Assembly (NCBI GenBank): GCA_963834845.1
Contig: CAWICY010000004.1
Coordinates: forward strand, 729,530 to 793,529
Source of the DNA: an uncultured Pseudomonadota bacterium
Lineage (GTDB): Bacteria > Pseudomonadota > Gammaproteobacteria > Burkholderiales > SG8-39
Direction: 5' to 3'
DNA length: 64,000 bases
The position numbers and the translations under genes were made by a program. Of this stretch, positions 11,155-19,737 are shown piece after piece (positions within the stretch are counted from its first letter, which is position 1; the number at the start of each line of letters is the position of its first letter). The notes beneath the pieces were generated by a model. That model was not told the DNA's origin. It did no database searches and saw nothing but the letters and a program-made list of their open reading frames with translations.

Positions 11155-13320
11155 ATGACGACCCGTGCCCAGCAGCCGCAATCCTTGCATCGCCGCGATT
11201 TCCTCAAGGCATCCGCCGCGGCGGGAGGCGGCCTCGTGCTGGAGTTTTCATTCCCGTTCCTGGCTCACGCCGCGATCGGCCCTTCGCCAACGGAAGTCAA
11301 CGCCTGGATCGTGATTCATCCGAACGACCGCGTGGTGATCCGCATCGCCCGATCCGAAATGGGCCAGGGCACCTATACCGCCCTCGCGCAACTCGTCGCC
11401 GAGGAGCTCGACTGCGACTGGACCAAGGTCTCCGCAGAGTTCGCTTCGCCCAACGAGAACGTCCGCCGCAATCGCGTCTGGGGCTCGATGTCCACGGGCG
11501 GCAGCCAGGGCGTGAGGAGCTCCCAGGATTACGTGCGCAAGGCCGGCGCCGCCGCCCGGGAGATGCTGGTCGCCGCCGCCGCCGCACAGTGGAAGGTGAG
11601 CGCCTCGGAGTGCTCCGTCGACAAGGGCGTCGTCACCCACGGCCCGACGCAGCGCAGGCTGCGTTACGGGCAGGTTGCGGCGCAGGCAGCGAAGCTCCGG
11701 CCGCCGGCGGACGTCGCGCTTCGCGATTCGAAGGACTGGAAGATTGCCGGCAAGCCCCTGCACCGGCTCGACATTCCCGACAAGGTGCTCGGTAAGCCAG
11801 TGTTCGGCACCGATGTGGTACTGCCCGGCATGCTGCACGCCTCCATCGCGCAGAGCCCGGTATTCGGCGGCAAGGTGAAGTCGGTCGATTCCGCCGAGGC
11901 GGAGGCAATGCGCGGCGTGAAGAAAGTCGTGCGCGCGGAGGACTTCGTGGCCGTCGTGGCCGACAGCTGGTGGCGGGCCAACCGGGCGCTCCGGAAGATC
12001 AAGATCGAATGGGACGTGGGCACCAACGGCGAGGCGTCGGACGCGACGATCATCGCCATGCTGCGCGAAGGCCTCGCCGACCCAACGATCGCCGAGGCCC
12101 GGAAAACGGGCGACGTCGCGCCCGCCCTGTCTTCGGCGGCGAAGATCGTCGAGGCGGAGTACTCGTCGCCGTACCTCAACCACGCGACGATGGAGCCCCA
12201 GGTGTGTACCGCGTGGATCAAGCCCGATGGCTTCGTCGAGGTGTGGACCTCCACGCAGAACGGCGAGGCGTCGCTCGCCACCGCGGCGAAGACGGCGGGC
12301 GTGCCGCTGGAGAGGGCCGAGGTGCACAAGACGATGCTGGGCGGCGCCTTCGGGCGCCGCGGCGCGCCGCAGGACTTCGTGCGCCAGGGCGTAACCATCG
12401 CCATGGCGTTGCCCGGCATGCCCGTGAAGATGATGTGGTCGCGCGAGGAGGACATGCAGCACGGCTTCTACCGGCCCGCGAGCCTCGTGAAGATGCGCGC
12501 GGGTCTGGATGCGCAAGGCATGGTCGTCGCCCTCGAGGCGAAGATCGCGTGCCCCTCGATCCTCGCGGTGCTGATGCCGGGGGCGGCGCGCAACGGGATC
12601 GACTTCACGGCCGTGCGAACGCTGAGCGACATGCCTTACGAGATCCCAAACCAGCGGATCGAATACGCGATGCGCAACGGCCATGTTCCCGTGGGCTTCT
12701 GGCGCGCGCCGGGCCAACAGAATGGCGTCTACCGCGAGTGCTTCCTGGACGAGGTGGCGCAGGCCGCGGGCAAGGATCCGCTCGAATTCCGGCTCGCGAT
12801 GCTGAAGGCGGGCGACAAGAACCGCCTGGTGCTCGAGGCCGCGGCGAAGGCCGCGGGCTGGGGTACGGCGCTGCCGGCCGGCGTGGGGCGGGGCCTCGCG
12901 GTGGTCGAGGGCTTCGGCAGCTACTCGGCCGGCGTGGCGGAGGTCTCGGTCTCCGCCGACGGCGAGCTCAAGGTGCTTCGCTACGTGGTCGCGATCGACT
13001 CCGGCTACGTCGTGAACCCCGATACCTGCGCCGCGCAGGCCGAAAGCAACGCCGTGTACGGTCTGGGCGGGCTCTACGAGTCCTGCACGGTCAAGGACGG
13101 ACGCGTCCAGGAATCCAACTTCCACGACTTCCCGTTGCCGATGATCAGCGACATGCCCAAGGTGGAGCTCGTGCTCGTGCCCACCGGTGGCTTCTGGGGC
13201 GGCCACGGCGAGCCCGGCATCCTGCCCTTCCAGGCGGCGGTGCTCAATGCCGTCTTCGCGCTCACCGGCAAGCGCATCCGTACCCTGCCGCTGAGAAAAG
13301 AACACCTGCGAAAGGCCTAG
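11155..13320 (+). CDS. iorB: molybdopterin-binding large subunit (IorB / aldehyde oxidase family), Tat-exported
   Basis: Twin-arginine signal MTTRAQQPQSLHRRDFLKASAAAGGG. SEMGQGTYTALAQLVAEEL, LGGAFGRRG and GEPGILP are xanthine dehydrogenase-family motifs. 721 aa. Confidence 0.88.
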   Translation: MTTRAQQPQSLHRRDFLKASAAAGGGLVLEFSFPFLAHAAIGPSPTEVNAWIVIHPNDRVVIRIARSEMGQGTYTALAQLVAEELDCDWTKVSAEFASPNENVRRNRVWGSMSTGGSQGVRSSQDYVRKAGAAAREMLVAAAAAQWKVSASECSVDKGVVTHGPTQRRLRYGQVAAQAAKLRPPADVALRDSKDWKIAGKPLHRLDIPDKVLGKPVFGTDVVLPGMLHASIAQSPVFGGKVKSVDSAEAEAMRGVKKVVRAEDFVAVVADSWWRANRALRKIKIEWDVGTNGEASDATIIAMLREGLADPTIAEARKTGDVAPALSSAAKIVEAEYSSPYLNHATMEPQVCTAWIKPDGFVEVWTSTQNGEASLATAAKTAGVPLERAEVHKTMLGGAFGRRGAPQDFVRQGVTIAMALPGMPVKMMWSREEDMQHGFYRPASLVKMRAGLDAQGMVVALEAKIACPSILAVLMPGAARNGIDFTAVRTLSDMPYEIPNQRIEYAMRNGHVPVGFWRAPGQQNGVYRECFLDEVAQAAGKDPLEFRLAMLKAGDKNRLVLEAAAKAAGWGTALPAGVGRGLAVVEGFGSYSAGVAEVSVSADGELKVLRYVVAIDSGYVVNPDTCAAQAESNAVYGLGGLYESCTVKDGRVQESNFHDFPLPMISDMPKVELVLVPTGGFWGGHGEPGILPFQAAVLNAVFALTGKRIRTLPLRKEHLRKA

Positions 13321-13508
13321 TCACATCGATAGGCTCAATTGCGCAGTAAACCCGCCCCACCAATACGTCAGCGAGCGCAGCATGAGCGCACAGCGACAAA
13401 CAGATAGGCAACCAGCGCATGCGCTGGTAGCCTGCTTCACTCCGTATAGAGAAGTGTGCGACGAGCCCGCGTAGCGACGCCTGGGATAACTTTGGCCAAG
13501 CGCGAAAG

Positions 13509-13529
13509 CAAAAACCCCGCCGTAGCGGG
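13509..13529 (-). terminator. hairpin plus U-run (minus strand), downstream of a decayed PEP-CTERM-like tail
   Basis: CCCCGC-CGTA-GCGGGG preceded on the plus strand by A5, which reads as U5 on the minus strand. Confidence 0.5.
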
Positions 13530-13771
13530 GTCTCGTGAGCGTGTCGCTCAACTCGCCTTGCGGCGCGACAGCCTGCGCTGACGCTGATGCACGACGACGA
13601 CTCACCGGAAGCTTCGAGCACTGGTGTCGCAATTTCCCGACACTGCGCGACGGGGGGCGTTCAGCCCCTATGCGCATTTGCGGTGTCCACGAAAACTCTT
13701 CTGCGTCAGGAACTATTTCTTTCGGCGCGCCGGTATCGCAGGGTTAAATTTCGTCAAGTCGGTGCATTGCA

Positions 13772-14164
13772 ATGAGCCAAAGCAGCCCAGATCTGTCTTC
13801 TGCATTGCAGGCCTTCGAAGAGGTCTGCGGGAAAGCTTCGCGCGAAGTCAGACAGCTGGGCTCGATGCGTCAAGCAGTGGAAGCCGCGAACGTCACATTG
13901 CCTGGAATCCTGCGCGGCACAGGTCGGTCATCCGTAATGGGTTATCGCCGGCTGACGCGAACGCTGTCCAATCGGCTCGATGAGTTGCTACACCTGCAGC
14001 TCGAGGAGGCCTCGCGCATTCGTGACCTCTATTTGCTCGAGCGGGAAATCGACCGCCTGAAGGTGCGCGAATGGTACGTGCTTCGCACCGAATATCCTGA
14101 ACTCTACACGAAGGCGATGACGGAGTCGTCGGCACTACGCCGCCGCGTTCAGCCTCGGGGGTAG
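13772..14164 (+). CDS. hypothetical protein (predicted helical/coiled-coil), island-borne
   Basis: 130-aa ORF in the low-G+C region. No recognisable motif and no clear RBS. Confidence 0.3.
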   Translation: MSQSSPDLSSALQAFEEVCGKASREVRQLGSMRQAVEAANVTLPGILRGTGRSSVMGYRRLTRTLSNRLDELLHLQLEEASRIRDLYLLEREIDRLKVREWYVLRTEYPELYTKAMTESSALRRRVQPRG

Positions 14165-14233
14165 CCCAACCTGCAGTTGGCGGCTGCGCGCCGTGGGGTA
14201 CGAGTAACCGGCTTCGGATCTCGCCCTGGCCTA

Positions 14234-14263
14234 GAAACAACAAAGCCCGCACGCAGCGGGCTT
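14234..14263 (-). terminator. rho-independent terminator (minus strand)
   Basis: AAGCCCGC-ACGCA-GCGGGCTT hairpin. The minus strand continues TTGTTGTTTCT. Confidence 0.6.
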
Positions 14264-14286
14264 CGTGTGAGTGATTCGCGAGCTGC

Positions 14287-14373
14287 TCAGCTCAGCTTGC
14301 GGCGGCGAGAAAATCCGAGTCCGGCGAGGCCGACGCCGAGTGCAGCCGAGAGTGGGCGATCGGCTGGAGCGCA
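14287..14373 (-). pseudogene. fossil PEP-CTERM sorting-signal tail with no start codon
   Basis: Hand translation gives CAPADRPLSAALGVGLAGLGFSRRRKLS*. This is a hydrophobic helix plus RRRK, like the intact tail PEPATLALFGIGLLGLGGNMLRRRPK at 17400-17490. It is bounded upstream by TGA. Confidence 0.55.
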
Positions 14374-14384
14374 TCATGGACCGC

Positions 14385-14753
14385 CTAATGCAATAGTCCC
14401 CAATGGGTCATCCCATCGGGTGTTAGGAGGATGCGTCGTGTCTGGAAGCCCAAGTATGATGCGCCGAATCTGTTTTTGGCATTGAGCTCGAACGCAATCT
14501 GCCAGCCATAAAAGTATCCTCCGCCCTTGAATAGACCCATGTACCAACTCGTGCACTCCTCGATGCGAAGATCTCTGACTTGGGCGCTGCTCGGGTCTTT
14601 GAGACCGACTCTGTCCACATACACCTGCACAGCGTTCCGGGCCTGCAGCTCAGTGGGGCGCGGACCGCAAAGAGCCTCTTTGTCTGGACCTACTGCTGCG
14701 GTGGTGCAGGCGGATAACGCAACCAGCGCAACTACTGCGATCGTCTTCTTCAT
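14385..14753 (-). CDS. small lipoprotein, unknown function
   Basis: MKKTIAVVALVALSAC has a lipobox (L-S-A-C). 122 aa. The upstream extension of ORF 14385..14816 is not used. Confidence 0.6.
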   Translation of the reverse strand: MKKTIAVVALVALSACTTAAVGPDKEALCGPRPTELQARNAVQVYVDRVGLKDPSSAQVRDLRIEECTSWYMGLFKGGGYFYGWQIAFELNAKNRFGASYLGFQTRRILLTPDGMTHWGLLH

Positions 14754-14872
14754 AGCGATTCCCATTGAGTTTGCGACCCAACTCCCCCTTATCGCTTCAT
14801 GCGCCGCCGCTCCCACGGTGGCGAACCCGCGCCTCGTTTTCGTTCCCGTACAGCACCGAGTGCTTCGGCGTG

Positions 14873-15238
14873 CTAGCGGCCAGTATTCTCGCGCGTGCGG
14901 TAACGCCCGGGATATAACTCAACCGTTAACGCCTCCATCGCGCCACTCAGATTGCTCAATGGATGCGCCCGGCAGTAGTTCTGCAGCCACGACATCGCGC
15001 TATTCAGGTCGAAGCCCCCAACAAGGCTTACGGTGTCGGGTGTTTGCCTGTTGTACGCGGTAATGTAGCCAGCAACCCACGCTTGCATCACGGCGCGCGG
15101 CCACCCGGGAGCTTGTGTGTCTCGAACAAAGGATGCACACGGCCTGTTGTCATGCGTTACATAACTTCCGCTCGCGTCCTTCGCCCACCCGCCCGGCATT
15201 GTCGTGACCAGCAGAGTCGCCAATATGATTCGTTTCAT
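14873..15238 (-). CDS. small secreted protein, unknown function
   Basis: MKRIILATLLVTTMPGGWA/KD is a signal peptide. 121 aa with two Cys. Confidence 0.5.
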   Translation of the reverse strand: MKRIILATLLVTTMPGGWAKDASGSYVTHDNRPCASFVRDTQAPGWPRAVMQAWVAGYITAYNRQTPDTVSLVGGFDLNSAMSWLQNYCRAHPLSNLSGAMEALTVELYPGRYRTRENTGR

Positions 15239-15649
15239 ATCGCCCTCCCCGAAGGCACTCACGGAATTGTCCGCCTCCGAGGCCGCGAGCGACAATAGGA
15301 CTAGGGGGCGGGCAGCAATCCGGACATCAGCACTTCACGCCGTGGGCCGACACCGCCGAGCGATCGTGCTGGACGTGCCGGCACTCGACCGGCCGTGACG
15401 GAGTGCATCTTTGGTGCGAGCAGTTCCGGGTAGTCGTGCTGGACCCGTGCAGCCGGTGGGAGCGCTAAAGGGGGCAGATCATCCCATCCGATCACCTCTT
15501 CCCAATCCGCCTGAAACTCTTGCGTTGGGCCGCATTCCGGCTGCAGCGTCGTGCACCTTGTTCCAGCGGGGAGATCTTACTTCGGCCGGCGCATCAACGG
15601 ATTACTCCACCTTGATGCAACATAGATGCACCTAGGGAAGGATGTTAGA

Positions 15650-15690
15650 TGGTGCCGGCTGCAGGAATCGAACCCGCGACCTTCGGTTTA
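15650..15690 (-). repeat. partial copy of the tRNA-Thr 3' end (att-like repeat)
   Basis: TGGTGCCGGCTGCAGGAATCGAACCCGCGACCTTCGGTTTA matches 18468-18508 at 41/41. The flanking bases differ on both sides. Confidence 0.95.
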
Positions 15691-15884
15691 GAAAACAACC
15701 AGTGGTGTTGCGGTTTGAAAGCTAGCAGCCATCAGCGCGGCAACTGCGATTTTCCGAGTATACCGGGGAGCTTAGTGGTCGAAGACGCTCTGGCGCGTTT
15801 CATTAAGTAACGCGGCGTTCCCTCGCTTGCCGTTACCTGCGCGCTGCCTAACATTGGGGCACGCTATGCCAAGGATCGCCGTTT

Positions 15885-16136
15885 GTGCCACTGAAGCTGA
15901 AGCAGCTCCCCGCCACGCCTCGCGCCCAATTCGGCGCCGTAATTCAAGTCGATTACTGGGATGAGTCGCAGCCCGGATTTGGACTGCGGGTGTCCTCAAG
16001 CGGGACGCGTACCTGGATCGTCGCGAGTCTGCCCTTGCGGCACGGCTGGCCCGCGCAGGTGCGAGTTGACGTAGGCCCCTACAGCAACTCAGAGCGCAAC
16101 GCCGTCACACGATCGCTTGAGAACGCGCGAGCATGA
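15885..16136 (+). pseudogene. tyrosine integrase remnant (P4-type, DUF4102 N-terminal arm domain only)
   Basis: YWDESQPGFGLRVSSSGTRTWIV...VGPY resembles the D..vpGLgLRV.psG.ksW / lG.yP arm-binding domain. It ends in a stop. Downstream frames to about 16370 hold only broken integrase-like scraps such as GIRLNELDTRS. Confidence 0.6.
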
Positions 16137-16700
16137 GCGCGAGACATTCTGCGATCTGTCGCGCCGGGGAAAGATTATCGAGTCACTTGCTTAAATGTCA
16201 ACGTAGCTCGTTGTGGCAACGCTTTTCCTGCTCGACACGCTTGCGGCCGGCCGAATGCTATGCGAAGCGTAGGTGACTACGCGGGGATTCGCTTGAACGA
16301 GTTGGATACCCGCTCGCGCGCTATTCGACGAATTTCGAGTGTGCCGCCGCGTCGTTTGCTAAGGTGACTTTCGCCTCGTCGAGAATAGCCCAGACGTTCT
16401 TCTCGCAGCTCAGCTTTAGCTTTCCTTTTCGTCAGGGAAGCGCTCGATGATGACACTTGGCTGACGCGCAGAGAGCCCGCGAAGTCGGAAAATCTTACAG
16501 CCGACATAACGCTGCGTTCTAACCAGTTGATAATTATCCCATGATAAATCCGGCACAGATCGTGCTGTGTCCTAGCGAGGCGTCCACGCAGTGAGTTCGC
16601 TGTCATTTCGTTGTCAGCTTGGTCGCCAGTTACTCTGATCGGTGAAGAAGGCGATCCTCTCTCCATTGCTCGGTGCTCGGATATCTAAAAAGGGGGACTC

Positions 16701-17507
16701 ATGCGTACTTGGCCACTTAAATCCACTGCTTTCGTCGGCTTGTCGCTCTTGGCCTTTTCGGCTCAGGCGCTCCCGTTGCTTCCGGTGCAGAATCTCACGT
16801 TTAGCGATTACACAGGTTTTGCTCCCAAGACTCTCTTTACGGCCGTTAATCCGGTCGGCTGGACCGGCGGAACTGGACTCATCTCTATCGATGCTCCCGG
16901 CACGGCGACGCAAAATAGTCAGGCGCACGGTAATGCCTACCCCGTCTATGGTCCATTCGCGAACCCTCCGTCTGGCGGGAACTTCATCCAGGCGGACGGC
17001 AATCCAGCTTTTCAGACTTCGTTCAACCAGAGCATTACGGGGCTGACTCCGGGGCAGGATTACACGCTGACTTTCTGGCAAGCGGCCGGGCAGCAAACGG
17101 GTTTTACGGGCGCCACGACCGAGCAATGGATCGTTGCGCTGGGCGGTACCGGTTTTGTACTCTGCCACTCGTGCGGTACTGATTCGACGTATGGCACGGT
17201 AGACACTTATTCCAACCCCGGCGCAGATCTCCAGACAACACACCTCATGCACACCCCTTCCCAGGGCGTTTACCCCTGGGAGGAGGTATCGGTGAACCTC
17301 AGGGCCAACGCTGTCACCGAAACGCTAAGCTTCTTGGCCTGGGGTAACAACGGCAGCGAAGTAAATCTTCCGCCGACAGTATTCCTCGCTGGCGTAAATA
17401 CGCCCTCGGTGCCGGAGCCAGCAACGTTGGCGCTCTTTGGTATTGGCCTTTTGGGCTTAGGCGGGAACATGCTGCGTCGGCGCCCCAAGCGTGACGCCGA
17501 GGTGTGA
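16701..17507 (+). CDS. PEP-CTERM sorting-domain protein
   Basis: Signal peptide MRTWPLKSTAFVGLSLLAFSAQA. C-terminus VPEPATLALFGIGLLGLGGNMLRRRPKRDAEV is PEP + TM + Arg cluster. AAAGGGGGA RBS. Confidence 0.85.
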   Translation: MRTWPLKSTAFVGLSLLAFSAQALPLLPVQNLTFSDYTGFAPKTLFTAVNPVGWTGGTGLISIDAPGTATQNSQAHGNAYPVYGPFANPPSGGNFIQADGNPAFQTSFNQSITGLTPGQDYTLTFWQAAGQQTGFTGATTEQWIVALGGTGFVLCHSCGTDSTYGTVDTYSNPGADLQTTHLMHTPSQGVYPWEEVSVNLRANAVTETLSFLAWGNNGSEVNLPPTVFLAGVNTPSVPEPATLALFGIGLLGLGGNMLRRRPKRDAEV

Positions 17508-17584
17508 TCACTCTATCGGTTAACGGCGCGTCCGGGCCGGCAACGCGGCCCGGACAACTCGCCGGTCGATCAGGATAAGCACCT

Positions 17585-18448
17585 TTGCCTGCGTTCCTGG
17601 ACCAGCAGCATCTTCTGGCATTCCTGGTGAGCGTGGCGAGGCTTAGCGCGTGGCTGCTACTTCTCGCCGTAATCTTCTTGCCACTTGAGCGGCTGTTCGC
17701 GCTGCATCCGCAGAAATTCTTCCGCAAGGCCCTTGCCCAGGATCTGGGCTATTACTTCATTAGCGGGTTGGTGCCTGGCCTGCTGCTCGCCGTGCCGCTT
17801 TCCCTCGTGGCGTTGGGCGCCCACGCTATCGTGCCATACCGCGTGCAAGCCGCAGTCGCGGCCTGGCCGCTGTGGCAACGCGTGCTCGCAGGGCTGGTGG
17901 TCGGCGAGATCGGTTTCTACTGGGGGCATCGCTGGACTCACGAAATCCCGTTTCTTTGGCGCTTCCATTCCATCCACCACAGCGCCGAGCATGTCTACTT
18001 CTTGATCAGCGCGCGCGCCCATCCGATCGACAGCGTGTTCACCCGGCTGTGCGGCCTGATCCCGGTCTACGTCCTCGGGATAGCCACTCCGCTCACGCCT
18101 GCGGGCGGTGCCGTATCGGCGCTGCTCGTGCTCGTTATCACCATCTGGGGCTTCCTTATTCACGCTAACGTGCGCTGGCGGCTAGGTCCCCTGGAATGGG
18201 TGATTGCCACCCCCGCGTTCCACCACTGGCACCACACCCTGGGCGAGCAGCGGGACCGCAATTACGCGCCGATGCTGCCATGGATCGACTGTATCTTCGG
18301 GACTTACCATCTGCCCCGGAATCAATGGCCGACGACCTACGGAATCGAGGCAAAACTGCCCGGTTCGTTGGGTGGACAGCTGCTGTATCCGTTACGCCCG
18401 CTGCCTTCTCAAGAGCGTTTACTGGAGCGCGTTGCGGCGGACCTGTAA
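17585..18448 (+). CDS. fatty acid hydroxylase / sterol desaturase family membrane protein
   Basis: Histidine boxes GHRWTH, HSIHHS and FHHWHH, with multiple TM segments. TTG start, so the start is uncertain. Confidence 0.75.
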   Translation: MPAFLDQQHLLAFLVSVARLSAWLLLLAVIFLPLERLFALHPQKFFRKALAQDLGYYFISGLVPGLLLAVPLSLVALGAHAIVPYRVQAAVAAWPLWQRVLAGLVVGEIGFYWGHRWTHEIPFLWRFHSIHHSAEHVYFLISARAHPIDSVFTRLCGLIPVYVLGIATPLTPAGGAVSALLVLVITIWGFLIHANVRWRLGPLEWVIATPAFHHWHHTLGEQRDRNYAPMLPWIDCIFGTYHLPRNQWPTTYGIEAKLPGSLGGQLLYPLRPLPSQERLLERVAADL

Positions 18449-18467
18449 TCGCCGGCGGCGAGGGACT

Positions 18468-18543
18468 TGGTGCCGGCTGCAGGAATCGAACCCGCGACCT
18501 TCGGTTTACAAAACCGCTGCTCTGCCAACTGAGCTAAGCCGGC
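18468..18543 (-). tRNA. tRNA-Thr (anticodon UGU)
   Basis: Reverse complement is GCCGGCTTAGCTCAGTTGGCAGAGCAGCGGTTTTGTAAACCGAAGGTCGCGGGTTCGATTCCTGCAGCCGGCACCA. It folds by hand: 7-bp acceptor stem, GCTC/GAGC D stem, anticodon loop TTTGTAA, GCGGG/CCTGC T stem, encoded CCA. Confidence 0.92.
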
Positions 18544-18554
18544 CGCTGACGAGT

Positions 18555-19010
18555 TTACTTCACGCGGCGCAGCGTGGGCTTGCCTGCGGGAGGCTTGGGC
18601 GGCTCCGGTGTGCCGTCTTCGGCGGGCACGGGCAGTGCCGCCGAGGGGCGGCCGGAGAGCGGCTCGAGCTCGGCGAGCGACTGCACCGAAGGCTTGGGAA
18701 GCTCGACCTCGAAGGTCATGCCATGCCCGGTCTCGCGCGCGTACAGCGCGTAGACGTTCGCCACCGGCACCGAAATGTGACGCGCGACGCCGCCGAAGCG
18801 CGCCGAGAACTCGATCGCCTCGTTGCCCATCTGCAGCTTGTGCACCGCGCCCGGGCTGATGTTGAGCGTGATCTCGCCGTTCCTGACGTGCTCCGTGGGG
18901 ACCTGGCTATGAGAGTCGACCTTGACCGCCAGGTGCGGCGTGTAGCCGTTGTCCACGCACCACTCGTACAGCGCGCGCAGCAGGTAGGGCTTGTTGGAGA
19001 TCTCGGCCAT
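18555..19010 (-). CDS. sspB: stringent starvation protein B (ClpXP adaptor)
   Basis: MAEISNKPYLLRALYEWCVDNGYTPHLAV... is the SspB N-domain, with a disordered Pro-rich tail. Lies downstream of sspA. Confidence 0.9.
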   Translation of the reverse strand: MAEISNKPYLLRALYEWCVDNGYTPHLAVKVDSHSQVPTEHVRNGEITLNISPGAVHKLQMGNEAIEFSARFGGVARHISVPVANVYALYARETGHGMTFEVELPKPSVQSLAELEPLSGRPSAALPVPAEDGTPEPPKPPAGKPTLRRVK

Positions 19011-19060
19011 GGCTCCACTGTACTCCCTGCGCCGTCGCGACGGCACGCCCGGGGCGCGCG

Positions 19061-19660
19061 CTACTTGCGCATCACCTTTTCGGAGGGAGTCAGCGCCTCG
19101 ATGAACGCGGGGCGCGAGAAGATGCGCTCGGCGTACTTCATCAGCGGCGCGGCGGGCTTGCCGAGGCGGATGCCGTAATGATCCAGGCGCCACAGGAGCG
19201 GCGCCACCGCCACGTCGAGCATGGTGAAGTCGTCGCCCAGCATGTACTTGGTGCGGGTGAAGATCGGCGAGAGCTCGATGAGGCGGTCGGTGACCAGCTG
19301 GCGCGCCTTTTCGACCTGCTTCTCCTTGCCAGAGTCGAGGGCGTCGATATTCGAGAAGAGCTCGACTTCCATGTTGAACAGCATGAGCCGTGCGCGGGCG
19401 CGCATCACCGGGTCGGCCGGCATCAGCTGGGGGTGCGGGAAGCGCTCGTCGATGTACTCGTTGATGATGTTCGATTCGTACAGCACCAGGTCGCGCTCGA
19501 CCAGCACCGGCAGGCGGTTGTAGGGATTCATCACCGCGATGTCTTCGGGCTTGTTGTACATGTCGACATCGATGACCTGGAAGTCCATGCCCTTCTCGTA
19601 CAGCACGAAGCGGCAGCGGTGGCTGAACGGACAGGTGGTGCCGGAATACAGTTGCATCAT
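19061..19660 (-). CDS. sspA: stringent starvation protein A (GST-like)
   Basis: MMQLYSGTTCPFSHRCRFVLYEKGMDF...PYNRLPVLVERDLVLYESNIINEYIDERFPHPQLMP. 199 aa. Confidence 0.93.
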   Translation of the reverse strand: MMQLYSGTTCPFSHRCRFVLYEKGMDFQVIDVDMYNKPEDIAVMNPYNRLPVLVERDLVLYESNIINEYIDERFPHPQLMPADPVMRARARLMLFNMEVELFSNIDALDSGKEKQVEKARQLVTDRLIELSPIFTRTKYMLGDDFTMLDVAVAPLLWRLDHYGIRLGKPAAPLMKYAERIFSRPAFIEALTPSEKVMRK

Positions 19661-19680
19661 GATGCGTTACCTCGGTCCAG

Positions 19681-19711
19681 AGAAAAAAGCCGGACGGCGC
19701 TGACGTCCGGC
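19681..19711 (-). terminator. rho-independent terminator after petC
   Basis: GCCGGACG-N7-CGTCCGGC hairpin. The minus strand is followed by TTTTTTCT. Confidence 0.8.
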
Positions 19712-19737
19712 CGGGCGCTGGGTCGAATTAGACGGTC

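Larger units (their letters stand above)
15650..18508. mobile_element. tRNA-Thr-associated genomic islet bounded by 41-bp direct repeats (degraded integrative element)
   Basis: 15650-15690 is identical to 18468-18508 (the 3' 41 nt of tRNA-Thr). An integrase remnant sits just inside. G+C is visibly lower than in the flanks. Confidence 0.65.

Noticed and set aside
13321-13500. Looked for a third copy of the tRNA-Thr 3' repeat at the left edge of the low-G+C block, which would define a second, older island.
   Set aside because: Only a weak resemblance was found (TGGTAGCCTGCTTCAC against TGGTGCCGGCTGCAGG), which is not convincing by eye. The left boundary rests on composition alone.
16277-16666. 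129-aa minus-strand ORF between the integrase remnant and the PEP-CTERM gene, and the 212-aa ORF 16614..17252 antisense to the PEP-CTERM gene.
   Set aside because: They have no motifs or RBS. The first lies antisense to degraded integrase-like scraps, and the second overlaps a gene with strong signal-peptide and PEP-CTERM features.
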